A DNA stretch of 63,965 nt, counting the filler, from an uncultured bacterium (lineage in GTDB: Bacteria > DAOPZR01), in the NCBI GenBank assembly GCA_964637655.1. It is 10 parts of 10 records of this genome, joined end to end, with 100 filler letters (N's around TTAATTAATTAA, not from the genome) between each part and the next. Parts side by side here need not be neighbours in the genome. Positions count along the whole stretch, not along the records: positions 20,869 to 27,599 come from CAZWUZ010000210.1; positions 27,700 to 34,430 come from CAZWUZ010000211.1; 8 more parts are not named here. One strand, written 5' to 3'. The number at the start of each line of letters is the position of its first letter. Position 1 is the stretch's first letter. Shown piece after piece: positions 21,331 to 33,388 of this stretch. The notes under the pieces were generated by a model that was given only the letters and a program-made list of their open reading frames with translations, was not told where the DNA came from and made no database searches. Position numbers and translations under genes: made by a program.

Positions 21331-21987
21331 TTATATCATTATCGTTAGGCAACGGTATATGGCAATAACAACAAACACCCACAGGACAATTGCCAACGCA
21401 ATATTAAGCCATTGAATAACCGGGTGCTTTATCCGCATAAGACATATTCGTACTAGCATCAGCACTAACAATATCAGCAGTAGTCCAATTGTGAAATATG
21501 ATTTACCTGCGCGATAGCCGAGAGGAGGTAACTGTTCTGTCGTGCCTTGGGCAAACACATAACGGATCGTTTCCGATCCATATCGGTCGCCTTTATGCAC
21601 CGACATTACTGTATAATTCGATCCGTCGCTGGTGTAGGCGTAGTTGTTATTCCATGGATCACTTGTAATGGTTGCGATATACGGTCCATTCCAACCGAGA
21701 ACCGTGTCTGCCACTAGTTGGTTGAGAGTGGTGCGGGGAAATTGACTATCGGACACATCGACTTGATATAAAGCCAAAGCGGAATTGAATGCCCCAATAT
21801 CACCGCAGGCCGCGCCAATTTTTGATCTTTCAATATCACTTGTCAGCGGCACTGGCAGTATAGCAAGAAGCGGAATGCCCAACAGAAACAAAACCAACAA
21901 CAGGTAGAGCGGCCAAGCCGCCGGTGGTTTGCGCTGGACAGTAACCGGTGTGGAAATTGCACTTTCGGCATTATTTGGGCAATTCAA
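21331..21987 (-). CDS. Integron cassette gene: membrane protein with GspG/pseudopilin-like domain
   Basis: TTG start with GGAGG RBS; TM, then AFNSALALYQVD...FP...LNQLV...WNGPYI...DPWNNNYAY, then two C-terminal TMs. Confidence 0.75.
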   Translation of the reverse strand: MNCPNNAESAISTPVTVQRKPPAAWPLYLLLVLFLLGIPLLAILPVPLTSDIERSKIGAACGDIGAFNSALALYQVDVSDSQFPRTTLNQLVADTVLGWNGPYIATITSDPWNNNYAYTSDGSNYTVMSVHKGDRYGSETIRYVFAQGTTEQLPPLGYRAGKSYFTIGLLLILLVLMLVRICLMRIKHPVIQWLNIALAIVLWVFVVIAIYRCLTIMI

Positions 21988-22052
21988 TCGTTGCCTCCCG
22001 CGATTAGCGGAAAAACCATTTCGAACACTTTATCATATCTCATCATTTTACA

Positions 22053-22117
22053 GGCTAACGATTAGCGCTCTGCGTTGAGCCGCGCAAGCGGCGAAGCGCA
22101 GAAGCGCGAAGTTGGCC
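22053..22117 (-). mobile_element. Integron attC site (proximal)
   Basis: Minus strand GGCCAAC...imperfect palindrome...GTTAGCC, 65 bp, 16 nt after the stop of 22134-23192. Confidence 0.85.
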
Positions 22118-22133
22118 TTCGTGTCTTCATTTT

Positions 22134-23192
22134 TCAGTCGCCTTCTCTTTGTGCTATTTCATAGATACCAAATAATGCCATATTTCTATTTTCCCAAGGC
22201 CGTGACCTCTCAATGGTGATATATCTTCCGAAGCAGTAGACGTAGTATGGGCTAAGCACTGTCGAGTCTGCAAACTGAATTGTGTTGAACTCCATCGAGT
22301 CAACATCCAATACATTCAAAATACAATTTTTTTGAGAATCGCGGGTACGAAAGCAAATAAAGCGATTCATGGTTTCAAGCAGACTATCAGCACGAATAGC
22401 TTCAACTTCGTACTTGTAAAATACATTCATGTCAAAATCGTACACAATAATCCATGTAATATCTGGGATTGGGCCATTAGGGGGACGCATTCGAGGATAT
22501 GCTGAGAATATAAAATTTCTGCCCGATAAACAAAACTTCCACCCCCATCCTTCAAAACGGTATTCGTCATTTGGCAATAGTTCTTGCCTGATTATTCCAT
22601 TTCTGTCAATAAAATATAAGTGTTCGAGAACCGCCATGACTGACACCAACTGTTGATGTCTCGCAAGTACAACATTTCCCGCATCCGAAACAAATGCCCT
22701 CGTCAACGATATTTCCTTGGTCCATAGCTTAGTACCGTTATCTGTTGATAGTGATATAGTGTTATCGCTATCGTTACGAACTAAGCAATATACACGATTG
22801 TCTGACCATGCAATAACCGTGGCGTTCCCCGGAATGCTAATCCCCTCCCCATCGGCAGTATCACCGGACATTCCAACGGAATCGCCGCTACTTGCCGTGG
22901 CTTCATTTCCTATCAGTTGTCTTTTCATTTGTTCAAATTCGCTTCTCGAACTCGTGCGTGCGACTTGATTGATTTCGAATTGTTCGGTTTTGTGAAATGT
23001 TCGAGTAGCGAGCGCGGATATGTCCATAGGGGCAATATTGGTGTCCGTAGATATGCTTGCAGGTCTGCCTGTTTCGGAAGACGCCTCATTTATATCACAT
23101 ATCCCTGCACATTCACCGATAAATACAACATACAATGTTAGCAGTAGACTGGCCAACCATCTATGGTCCGATGTTGCACGTATTGCGTTCAT
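22134..23192 (-). CDS. Integron cassette gene: hypothetical exported protein (beta-rich)
   Basis: 352 aa AT-richer ORF with N-terminal hydrophobic segment, bounded by GTTGGCC (23246-23240) and an attC. Confidence 0.75.
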   Translation of the reverse strand: MNAIRATSDHRWLASLLLTLYVVFIGECAGICDINEASSETGRPASISTDTNIAPMDISALATRTFHKTEQFEINQVARTSSRSEFEQMKRQLIGNEATASSGDSVGMSGDTADGEGISIPGNATVIAWSDNRVYCLVRNDSDNTISLSTDNGTKLWTKEISLTRAFVSDAGNVVLARHQQLVSVMAVLEHLYFIDRNGIIRQELLPNDEYRFEGWGWKFCLSGRNFIFSAYPRMRPPNGPIPDITWIIVYDFDMNVFYKYEVEAIRADSLLETMNRFICFRTRDSQKNCILNVLDVDSMEFNTIQFADSTVLSPYYVYCFGRYITIERSRPWENRNMALFGIYEIAQREGD

Positions 23193-23239
23193 AGCATTGG
23201 TCTTAGTATCATTATTATTCCCATCCTACATTCATCACA

Positions 23240-23275
23240 GGCCAACGAGTTATTCTGTGAAAGCGTGTAACAACG
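23240..23275 (-). mobile_element. attI-like recombination site heading the cassette array
   Basis: Minus strand ...GTTACACGCTTTCACAGAATAACTC-GTTGGCC. The core is the exact complement of the first cassette's GGCCAAC; no attC palindrome upstream. Confidence 0.6.
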
Positions 23276-23304
23276 ATTGTACTGCGTTGCTTTTGGAAAG
23301 TCAA
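23276..23304 (-). promoter_or_regulatory. Pc-like cassette promoter
   Basis: Minus strand TTGACT-17-TACAAT about 30 nt upstream of the core site, pointing into the array. Confidence 0.75.
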
Positions 23305-23592
23305 GGGGGTGTTGAAATATGTCAAAAAGAGGGTGATTACGCAACGTATAGCCAGAAATGGTGTTGTGCTGGCGGCGGGAAAACGCGCGGGGGCGGGAAA
23401 ATCGCAACGACGATGATAAGTACGCCTATACGGGGTGTTACACGAAAGGGGGGAGCAACTGTGTGGCGGTTACTGACTGGCTGCCGGTCACGCGGCCGAC
23501 CGGGGAACTGCGCCCGCTGCGAATGGGATCGGGCATGCTCGCACGGTTATTGCCGGTAGTAGGTGACGGCAGAACGGAAGGGGCGGTGGGCG

Positions 23593-23622
23593 TTGACGGA
23601 GCCGCCTGACCGGTGCTACGAT
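23593..23622 (+). promoter_or_regulatory. Sigma70-type promoter of the retron
   Basis: TTGACG (23593-23598), 18 nt, TACGAT (23617-23622) with TG extended -10. Confidence 0.6.
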
Positions 23623-23795
23623 GGCTCTGCCACCCTGGCGGCGCACAAGCGCACGGCTGATGTTTCGTCAGCCCGGTCGCACGACCGTTGTTGAGAGTGC
23701 AGGGTATTCATATTCCGGTTGCACCGGAATATGAATAGCAGGGGGCGCGGGGACGGGCGACTGTCCCCGCTTTTCCAACCAAACCAGGAGAGCCA
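23622..23795 (+). ncRNA. Putative retron msr-msd RNA
   Basis: Hairpins at 23641-23652, 23655-23673, 23674-23687, a perfect 15-bp stem at 23705-23737 and a GNRA-loop stem at 23747-23770. Bracketed by complementary ends TGGCTCT..CCTGG / CCAGGAGAGCCA, directly before a retron RT. Confidence 0.7.
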
Positions 23796-23796
23796 C

Positions 23797-24663
23797 ATGG
23801 GCTTCCTTGATTTCCTCTTTGCGGGACGCGGGCACGGCATCGACGAACTGGCGCGGCGCCTGGGCATGGACATAACCGCGCTGCAGGCGGTGCCGGTGCG
23901 CTACCAGACCTTTACCGTCCCCAAACGCAGCGGCGGTATGCGCACCATCAATGCCCCGGAAAAAGAACTGAAAAAACTGCAGCGGAACCTGCTGCGGCGC
24001 GTCTTTGCCCGCTGGCACACGCATGATGCGGTGCACGGCTTCGCGCGCGGGAGGTCCATCCTCACTAACGCGCAGCCTCATGCGGGCAAACCCGTGGTGG
24101 TGCGCATGGACATCCGCGACTTTTTCCCCGCGACGAAAGCGGCACGGCTGACGGAGTTCTTCCGCAAACGCGGATGGAACAAACCGGCGGCAGCGCTGCT
24201 GACGCGCCTGTGTACCCACGAGGGCGGCCTGCCGCAGGGGGCGCCGACCAGCCCGTGCCTCGCCAACATGGTCAATTACGGACTTGATATCGCGCTGGCC
24301 GGATTGGCCGGCCAGCATGGTGCGGTCTATACACGCTATGCGGACGACCTGACCTTTTCCTTTGCCCGAGACGACCGCAACGCCATCCACGCGCTGGTGC
24401 GCCAGGCGAAATTCATCTGTGCCGGCGCGGGCTACACGCTGCACCAGAAGAAAAAACTGCGCATCCGCCGGTAGCATCAGCGACAGGAGGTGACGGGGCT
24501 GGTGGTCAACGTGCGCCCGCAACTGCCGCGGGCGACCCGCCGCCGTCTGCGCGCCGTCGCGCACCGGGCACGCACCGGAAAAATACCGACGCTGCGGCGC
24601 GAACAGCGCGCGGGGTGGGACGCGCTGCTGGGCATGCTCGGCTCACCCCTGCGTCTTTCCTGA
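23797..24663 (+). CDS. Retron-type reverse transcriptase, 288 codons, with in-frame TAG at codon 226 (24472-24474); pseudogene, error or readthrough
   Basis: AGGAG RBS; PKRSGG-R-I-AP, NAQPH (retron region X), DIRDFF, LPQGAPTSP, YADD. After the TAG the frame continues HQRQEVTGLVVN (region Y) to TGA 24661-24663. Confidence 0.88.
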
Positions 24664-24721
24664 GCGGCGCGCGGCACACACCTGCCTTGCACACACGGGG
24701 GGCAGATAAAACGGGAAAACC

Positions 24722-26200
24722 TCAGGACTGACGGGAGAGCAGGGGGCGCTGATCGGTGACGAGCTCGCCGCGACTGCCGTCGACGGAGAAGTGCAGCAGT
24801 TCGACGGTGCCGTCGGGGCGCACGTGGTAGCGCTCGCTGTCGTCGCTGATGCGGCGGAAGTAGCCGCCGCTGATGTCCTGGTAGAGGTCGACGGTGAAGA
24901 CGATGTCGCTGGCGCGCAGTTCACTGCGCGGGCGGACGGCGAAACCGCGGTCGCTCTCAACCACGGCATAGAGACCGTTAGGATTGCGGTAGCCGGCGAA
25001 GAGTTTCCCCTCTTCCTTGATGAAACAGTCGGCATCGAGCGGAAAATCGCCGTGGTCGGTCAGTTCGGTCAGGGCGCGCCCGCGCACGCGGTAACTCTTT
25101 TCCGAGGCGGCAAGCGGCAGCAGCGAAACGAAGCGGTCGGGCGAATGGGTGAGCAGCGTCGTCGGCAGTGACGGGTCGCTGCGCGCGGCGGCGATGTTGC
25201 GGTAGCTGGTATGCACGATGCTGCCGTTATAGTCGACGTCATGCACGAGCACGGCGTCGTCGTAGGCGTGCAGCGCCTCCTGCAGCCGCCGCTCGCTCCA
25301 TGTCTGCTCGATATAGTCGTTGATGTTGCCGTAGACGACGGGGGCGGCGAGAAACTCATCTCCGGTCAGCGGCCCCTTCTGCGGCCGCCGCTCGCTGACC
25401 AGCCGCCGCCAGAGCGCGGGGTCGTAGACCGTGTCGGAACTGAAAACAACCCGCGTCTCGCCGCGGGTAAAACGCAGGGCGATGGTCGGTGGGCCGTGCC
25501 AGGCGGGCTCCTTGAGCGCCTCGACCTGCAGGCCGTTCGCCGCGTCAGTAAAGACGTTGCGCTCCGCGGTGTAAAAGACGGTGTCGCTGAACGCGTAGTA
25601 GGATTCCGGCTCGACCCACAGTTGCGTGGCCGGGTCGCGGAAGAGCAGGCGCGGGCGGTTGGCCTCGGGATTGATGAAAATCTTCGCCTGCTGCGGCGGC
25701 ACCGGCCGGTTTTCCCGGTCAAGGACGCGCCAGACGCGCCCGGCGGGGGAATCGGTGAGCACGACGCGGTAGAGCGGTCGCGGTCCGAGCGTTACCTGCT
25801 CGACGAATTCCAGGTAGGGCATGTCGATGACGGTGCGCGAATCGCCGGAGAGCGAGCGCTCCAACGCCCCCTTGGAATTCTTGTGGAACTCGTCGTGGAT
25901 GGTGTCGGTGGTGACCAGGCGGAGCTTGCCGCTGCACCCCGGGGTATAGCGCTTGAACAGGGCGAGGTCGGTGAACCAGCGGCGGTGGTCCTCGTGCGAA
26001 TGGGTGGCGAAGATGCCGCGCAGCGACTGGATGCCGTCGGTGCCCAGCAGCTGGAAGACGGGGGCGCCGCAGTCGAGCAGGTAATGGTCATTCCCCGCCG
26101 TGATGCGGTAGCCGATGCTCTTGCCGATGAGCGAAAACGGGCCGGAATCACCGATAACGTCGATGAGGATGTCGTGGGCGGACTGCAGCGGTGGCATCAT
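24722..26200 (-). CDS. Metallo-beta-lactamase-fold hydrolase, long uncharacterised type
   Basis: GDSGPFS, LLDCG, THSHEDH, WHG and FSSDT motifs. Confidence 0.75.
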   Translation of the reverse strand: MMPPLQSAHDILIDVIGDSGPFSLIGKSIGYRITAGNDHYLLDCGAPVFQLLGTDGIQSLRGIFATHSHEDHRRWFTDLALFKRYTPGCSGKLRLVTTDTIHDEFHKNSKGALERSLSGDSRTVIDMPYLEFVEQVTLGPRPLYRVVLTDSPAGRVWRVLDRENRPVPPQQAKIFINPEANRPRLLFRDPATQLWVEPESYYAFSDTVFYTAERNVFTDAANGLQVEALKEPAWHGPPTIALRFTRGETRVVFSSDTVYDPALWRRLVSERRPQKGPLTGDEFLAAPVVYGNINDYIEQTWSERRLQEALHAYDDAVLVHDVDYNGSIVHTSYRNIAAARSDPSLPTTLLTHSPDRFVSLLPLAASEKSYRVRGRALTELTDHGDFPLDADCFIKEEGKLFAGYRNPNGLYAVVESDRGFAVRPRSELRASDIVFTVDLYQDISGGYFRRISDDSERYHVRPDGTVELLHFSVDGSRGELVTDQRPLLSRQS

Positions 26201-26252
26201 TGGCAGGAAAGAGCGGAACGAACTCCTTTCATGCGGTCATACGGTGAAAAAA

Positions 26253-26339
26253 TGGTGCCGAGGGCGGGAATCGAACCCGCATGCCCTTGCGAACACTAGG
26301 TCCTGAACCTAGCGCGTCTGCCAGTTCCGCCACCTCGGC
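26253..26339 (-). tRNA. tRNA-Leu(CAG)
   Basis: GCCGAGGTGGCGGAACTGGCAGACGCG-CTAGG-TTCAGGA-CCTAG-long variable arm-GGTTCGATTCC...CTCGGCACCA; encoded CCA. Confidence 0.97.
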
Positions 26340-26352
26340 ACAAACCAACTGC

Positions 26353-26397
26353 TTGTATTGTCGCAATAATAATACTATACTGCGCGTATATTGTCAA
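26353..26397. promoter_or_regulatory. Overlapping divergent promoters for tRNA-Leu and smpB
   Basis: Minus: TTGACA(26397-26392)-17-TATTAT. Plus: TTGTAT(26353-26358)-17-TATACT. Confidence 0.6.
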
Positions 26398-26412
26398 GGG
26401 AAAAGGTGATGC

Positions 26413-26904
26413 ATGGCAGGGCAGAAACCGGAGGCGCGGCAGGCGGCGCAGAAGCATATCGCGCAGAACCGCCGCGCGCGGCATGAATACGAGATTCTCA
26501 GCACGTTCGAAGCGGGCATCGTCCTGCAGGGGACCGAGGTAAAATCGCTGCGCGCCGGGCTGGTCAGCATCGCCGAGGCGTTCGGCCATATCCGCAACGG
26601 CGAACTCTGGCTGCAGCAGTGTCATATCGGGGAATACTCGCACGGCAACCGCTACAACCACGTCCCGTTGCGCGAACGCAAACTGCTGGTGCACAAGCGC
26701 GAGATCCGGCGGCTGTGGCAGAAGGTGACGACGGAGGGGCAGACCCTCATCCCGCTGCGCCTCTACTTCAAGCAGGGCAAGGCGAAGGTGGAAATGGCGC
26801 TGGGGCGCGGCAAAAAGAAGCATGACAAGCGGGGTGACATCCGCCAGCGTGAGGACAAACTGACGATGGACCGCGCCCGGCGCGATCGTGACCGCGGTGA
26901 GTAA
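26413..26904 (+). CDS. smpB: SsrA-binding protein
   Basis: IAQNRRARHEY, EAGIVLQGTEVKSLR, RKLLVHKREI, GKKKHDKR. Confidence 0.97.
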   Translation: MAGQKPEARQAAQKHIAQNRRARHEYEILSTFEAGIVLQGTEVKSLRAGLVSIAEAFGHIRNGELWLQQCHIGEYSHGNRYNHVPLRERKLLVHKREIRRLWQKVTTEGQTLIPLRLYFKQGKAKVEMALGRGKKKHDKRGDIRQREDKLTMDRARRDRDRGE

Positions 26905-27599
26905 CGCCGGGCGCGGACGCCCGCGCTGGTGGCTCTGGTTCGTCGCGGTGCTGGCCGTGCACGCGCTGCTGCTGGGCGGACTCGTGGTGTACCGGCAGGC
27001 GGAGCGCGCGGCGATGACGGACAACGACATCCTGGCGACCGGGAAATATGCCGCCGGCTACCGTGATACCCTGCTGGCGCAGCAGGCAGCGCTGCAGGCG
27101 GAACTGGCGGCCCTGCGCGCGACGGACGGCACGCTGGCGGCGAAACGTGCGGCACTGCAGCGCGCGACGGAACTGGCGCCCCGTCTCGATGAACTGGAGC
27201 GGGAACTGGCTGCTGACGCGGCCGCGCGCGCCGCCATTCTCGCCCGCTGGCAGGCCTATGACCCGGCGGCCGGCGCTGTCATGCAGTTGCCGGGCATGCT
27301 GTTGCTGACCGCGGTGCTGCTTGGCTGGGGCGCGGCAGCCGCACGTGCTGACGGTGTGCTGCGCCGCGTGCGGTGGGGCGCGGGACTCGGCGCGGCCTGG
27401 GCGGGCGCGCTGGCGCTGGTGACGGTAACCTGCCTCTGCCTGATGCAGTCGCTCTACCCGTGGCCGGAACTGGGCCTCATGCGTGCCGTCCCCTTCGTGG
27501 TGATGGCGCTGCTGCTGGCGCTCAACGCGGCGGCGGGCTGGCGCCTGGCGCGCAGCGGGCGTCCGCGCTGGCTGTATCTTGCCACCGCCCTGCTGCTGG
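26897..27599 (+). CDS. Hypothetical membrane protein with coiled coil, 3' truncated
   Basis: TM, coiled coil, then several TMs; overlaps the smpB stop. Confidence 0.55.
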
Positions 27600-27699
27600 N
27601 NNNNNNNNNNNNNNNNNNNNNNNNNNNNNNNNNNNNNNNNNNNTTAATTAATTAANNNNNNNNNNNNNNNNNNNNNNNNNNNNNNNNNNNNNNNNNNNN

Positions 27700-28810
27700 C
27701 CACCGCCTCCTGCAGCATGCGTTTCTCGTTGCGTATGATGATCTCGGGCGCGTTCAGCTGGAAGAGCCGCTCGAGCCGGTTGTTGCGGTTGATCACCCGC
27801 CGGTAGAGGTCGTTGATGTCCGAGGTGGCGAAACGTCCCCCCTCGAGCTGCACCATCGGGCGCAGGTCGGGCGGGATGACCGGCAGCACGTCGAGGATCA
27901 TCCACTCCGGCTTGTTCCCCGAGTTGAGGAACGACGTGATCACCTTGAGCCGGCGCACCGGCTTCGACTCGCGCGGGTCCTTGCCCCCCAGCGCGAGGAT
28001 GTCGTCGAGCGACTTCTGCAGTTCCTTCTTGGCGTCGCCGTCCTTCGCCTTCTTCGCCCGGCCGACCGCGAGTTTCAGCTTGCGCCCGAGCGGGGTCTTC
28101 GCGCCGAACACCTCGACGCGGTCATTGACCAGTTCCACCACGGTGCGCTCGGACGCCGCGCGCAGGTCCTTGTCGAGCGTCTCGAGCTGCTCGCGGTCCT
28201 CGCGCGCCAGCCCCTGCGTCTCCTTGTCGACCTGGATTTTCAGTTCCGCCGCCAGTTTCTTCAGCGGCAGCTGCGCGAGCAGTTTCGCCACCGCGCCGGC
28301 GCCGATATCCGCCTCGAACTTGCGCCCGTGCTCGTCGCGCGCCGCCAGGTACTCCTCCTCGCGCGCGAAGATGTGCCCGGTCTTGAACGGCGACTTGCCG
28401 CCGTCCGTCACCACGTAGTGCTCGTAGTAGACGATGCCCTCGACGTCCTTGACCGACATGTCGAGCAGGATGCTGATGTACGACGGCACCCCCTTGAGGT
28501 ACCAGATGTGGCAGACCGGCGCCTTGAGCTCGATATGCCCCATGCGCGTGCGCCGCACTTTCGCCTGCGTCACCTCGACCTTGCACTTGTCGCAGATGAT
28601 GCCCTTGTAGCGGATGCTCTTGTAGCGCCCGCAGTAGCATTCCCAGTCCTTGGTCGGGCCGAAAATCTTCTCGCAGAAGAGCCCCTGCCGCTCCGGCTTG
28701 AGCGTGCGGTAGTTGATCGTCTCGGGCTTCTTGACCTCGCCCGATGACCAGGTGCGGATCTGCTCGGGCGACGCCAGCCCGACGCGGATGTGCTTGAATT
28801 CGTTGATCAT
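27700..28810 (-). CDS. rpoC: RNA polymerase beta' subunit, 3' truncated
   Basis: [17 protein letters not shown], zinc ribbon, [19 protein letters not shown]. Confidence 0.98.
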
Positions 28811-28823
28811 GTCTGCTGCTCCC

Positions 28824-32306
<3,483 letters not shown>

Positions 32307-32379
32307 CTTCGTGTCCCCCTGGGCGGCCCGTCGGGCCGCCACGCCGGTCAACTCATTTGGATGACAAACGGACAGCGAA

Positions 32380-32431
32380 ATCCGCAGAGGGTACGCCGGC
32401 GCACTCCTGCCGCCGTTTCCCCTCTGCGGAT
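32380..32431 (-). promoter_or_regulatory. rplL-rpoB intergenic stem-loop (attenuator/processing-like)
   Basis: 12-bp inverted repeat ATCCGCAGAGGG / CCCTCTGCGGAT. Confidence 0.5.
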
Positions 32432-32462
32432 CCGCCCCTGGCGCGCTGCGCGCGCGCAGGAG

Positions 32463-32846
32463 TTACTTGACTGCGACGGTCGCGCCCGCTTCTTCGAGCT
32501 TCTTCTTGATCTCGGCCGCCTCTTCCTTCGTGGCGTTTTCCTTGATCTTCGCCGGCACCGCCTCGACCAGGTCCTTGGCTTCCTTCAGCCCCAGCCCGAG
32601 CAGCTCGCGTACCACCTTGATCACTGCGATCTTGTTGGCGCCGAACGCGGACATCTCGACGAGGAATTCCGTCTTTTCCTCTTCCGCCGCCGCCCCGCCG
32701 CCTGCCGCCGGCATCGCTGCCATCGCCATCGGCATTGCCGCCGAGACGCCGAACTTCTCTTCCAGCGCCTTGACGAGTTCGGCCACCTCGAGCACCGTCA
32801 TGCTCTCGATTGCCTTGATGATGTCATCCTTTGCCACTGTCGCCAT
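32463..32846 (-). CDS. rplL: 50S ribosomal protein L7/L12
   Basis: [29 protein letters not shown]. Confidence 0.98.
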   Translation of the reverse strand: MATVAKDDIIKAIESMTVLEVAELVKALEEKFGVSAAMPMAMAAMPAAGGGAAAEEEKTEFLVEMSAFGANKIAVIKVVRELLGLGLKEAKDLVEAVPAKIKENATKEEAAEIKKKLEEAGATVAVK

Positions 32847-32857
32847 GATCCGCCTCC

Positions 32858-33373
32858 TTATGCGTTCTTTTTGTCCTTGATTTGTGCCACCACCGCGGCC
32901 AGGCCGCGGATCGGTCCGTTGAGTACGCGCACCAGGCCGGTCATCGGGCTGTTGAGCACGAAGACCAGCTGTCCGAGCAGTTCGTCACGCGACGGCAGTG
33001 TCGCCAGCATCGCCACGCGCGCCTCGTCCGCCACCGCCCCCTCCACCAGGCCACCCTTCAGCACCAGGTGCTTGTGCGCCTTGGCATAGGTGGCCAGCAC
33101 CTTCGCGGGCGCCACCGGGTCGCCGTAGCTGAAGGTGACGGCCGTCGGGCCGCTCAGGTACGCGTCCAGCCCCGCCGCCGCGTCCCCCAGCGCCTTCTTC
33201 ACCAGCCGGTTCTTGTAGACGCGCATCTCCATCTGCTGCGCGCGCAGCTGGTGCCGCAGTTCCGTCAGTTCCTTCACCGTCAGCCCGCGATACTCCGCAA
33301 GAATGACCGCGTTCGCCTTCGCCAGCTTGTCCTGAATCTGCCGGACCTGGTCGATATTCTTCGCATTCGGCAT
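32858..33373 (-). CDS. rplJ: 50S ribosomal protein L10
   Basis: [24 protein letters not shown]; operon position. Confidence 0.97.
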   Translation of the reverse strand: MPNAKNIDQVRQIQDKLAKANAVILAEYRGLTVKELTELRHQLRAQQMEMRVYKNRLVKKALGDAAAGLDAYLSGPTAVTFSYGDPVAPAKVLATYAKAHKHLVLKGGLVEGAVADEARVAMLATLPSRDELLGQLVFVLNSPMTGLVRVLNGPIRGLAAVVAQIKDKKNA

Positions 33374-33388
33374 GGTCGTCGCTCCGCC

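Noticed and set aside
21220-22117. 65-bp repeats as a CRISPR array
   Set aside because: Spacing is gene-sized and the repeats carry AAC/GTT attC cores.
23719-23796. N-terminal extension of the RT from the TTG at 23719
   Set aside because: Lies within the msd-like hairpins; ATG 23797 has a proper AGGAG RBS.
24472-24474. Genome-wide TAG recoding or pyrrolysine
   Set aside because: Several conserved genes end at TAG at the expected position, and no pyl genes or suppressor tRNA are visible in the window.
23797-24663. RT as a group IIC-attC intron, DGR or CRISPR-associated RT
   Set aside because: It has the retron NAxxH and VTG motifs, no maturase domain, is not inserted in an attC, and there is no TR/VR pair or cas gene.
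26253-26339. tRNA-Leu as integration site of the retron/integron island
   Set aside because: No duplicated tRNA 3' end and no integrase found within the contig.
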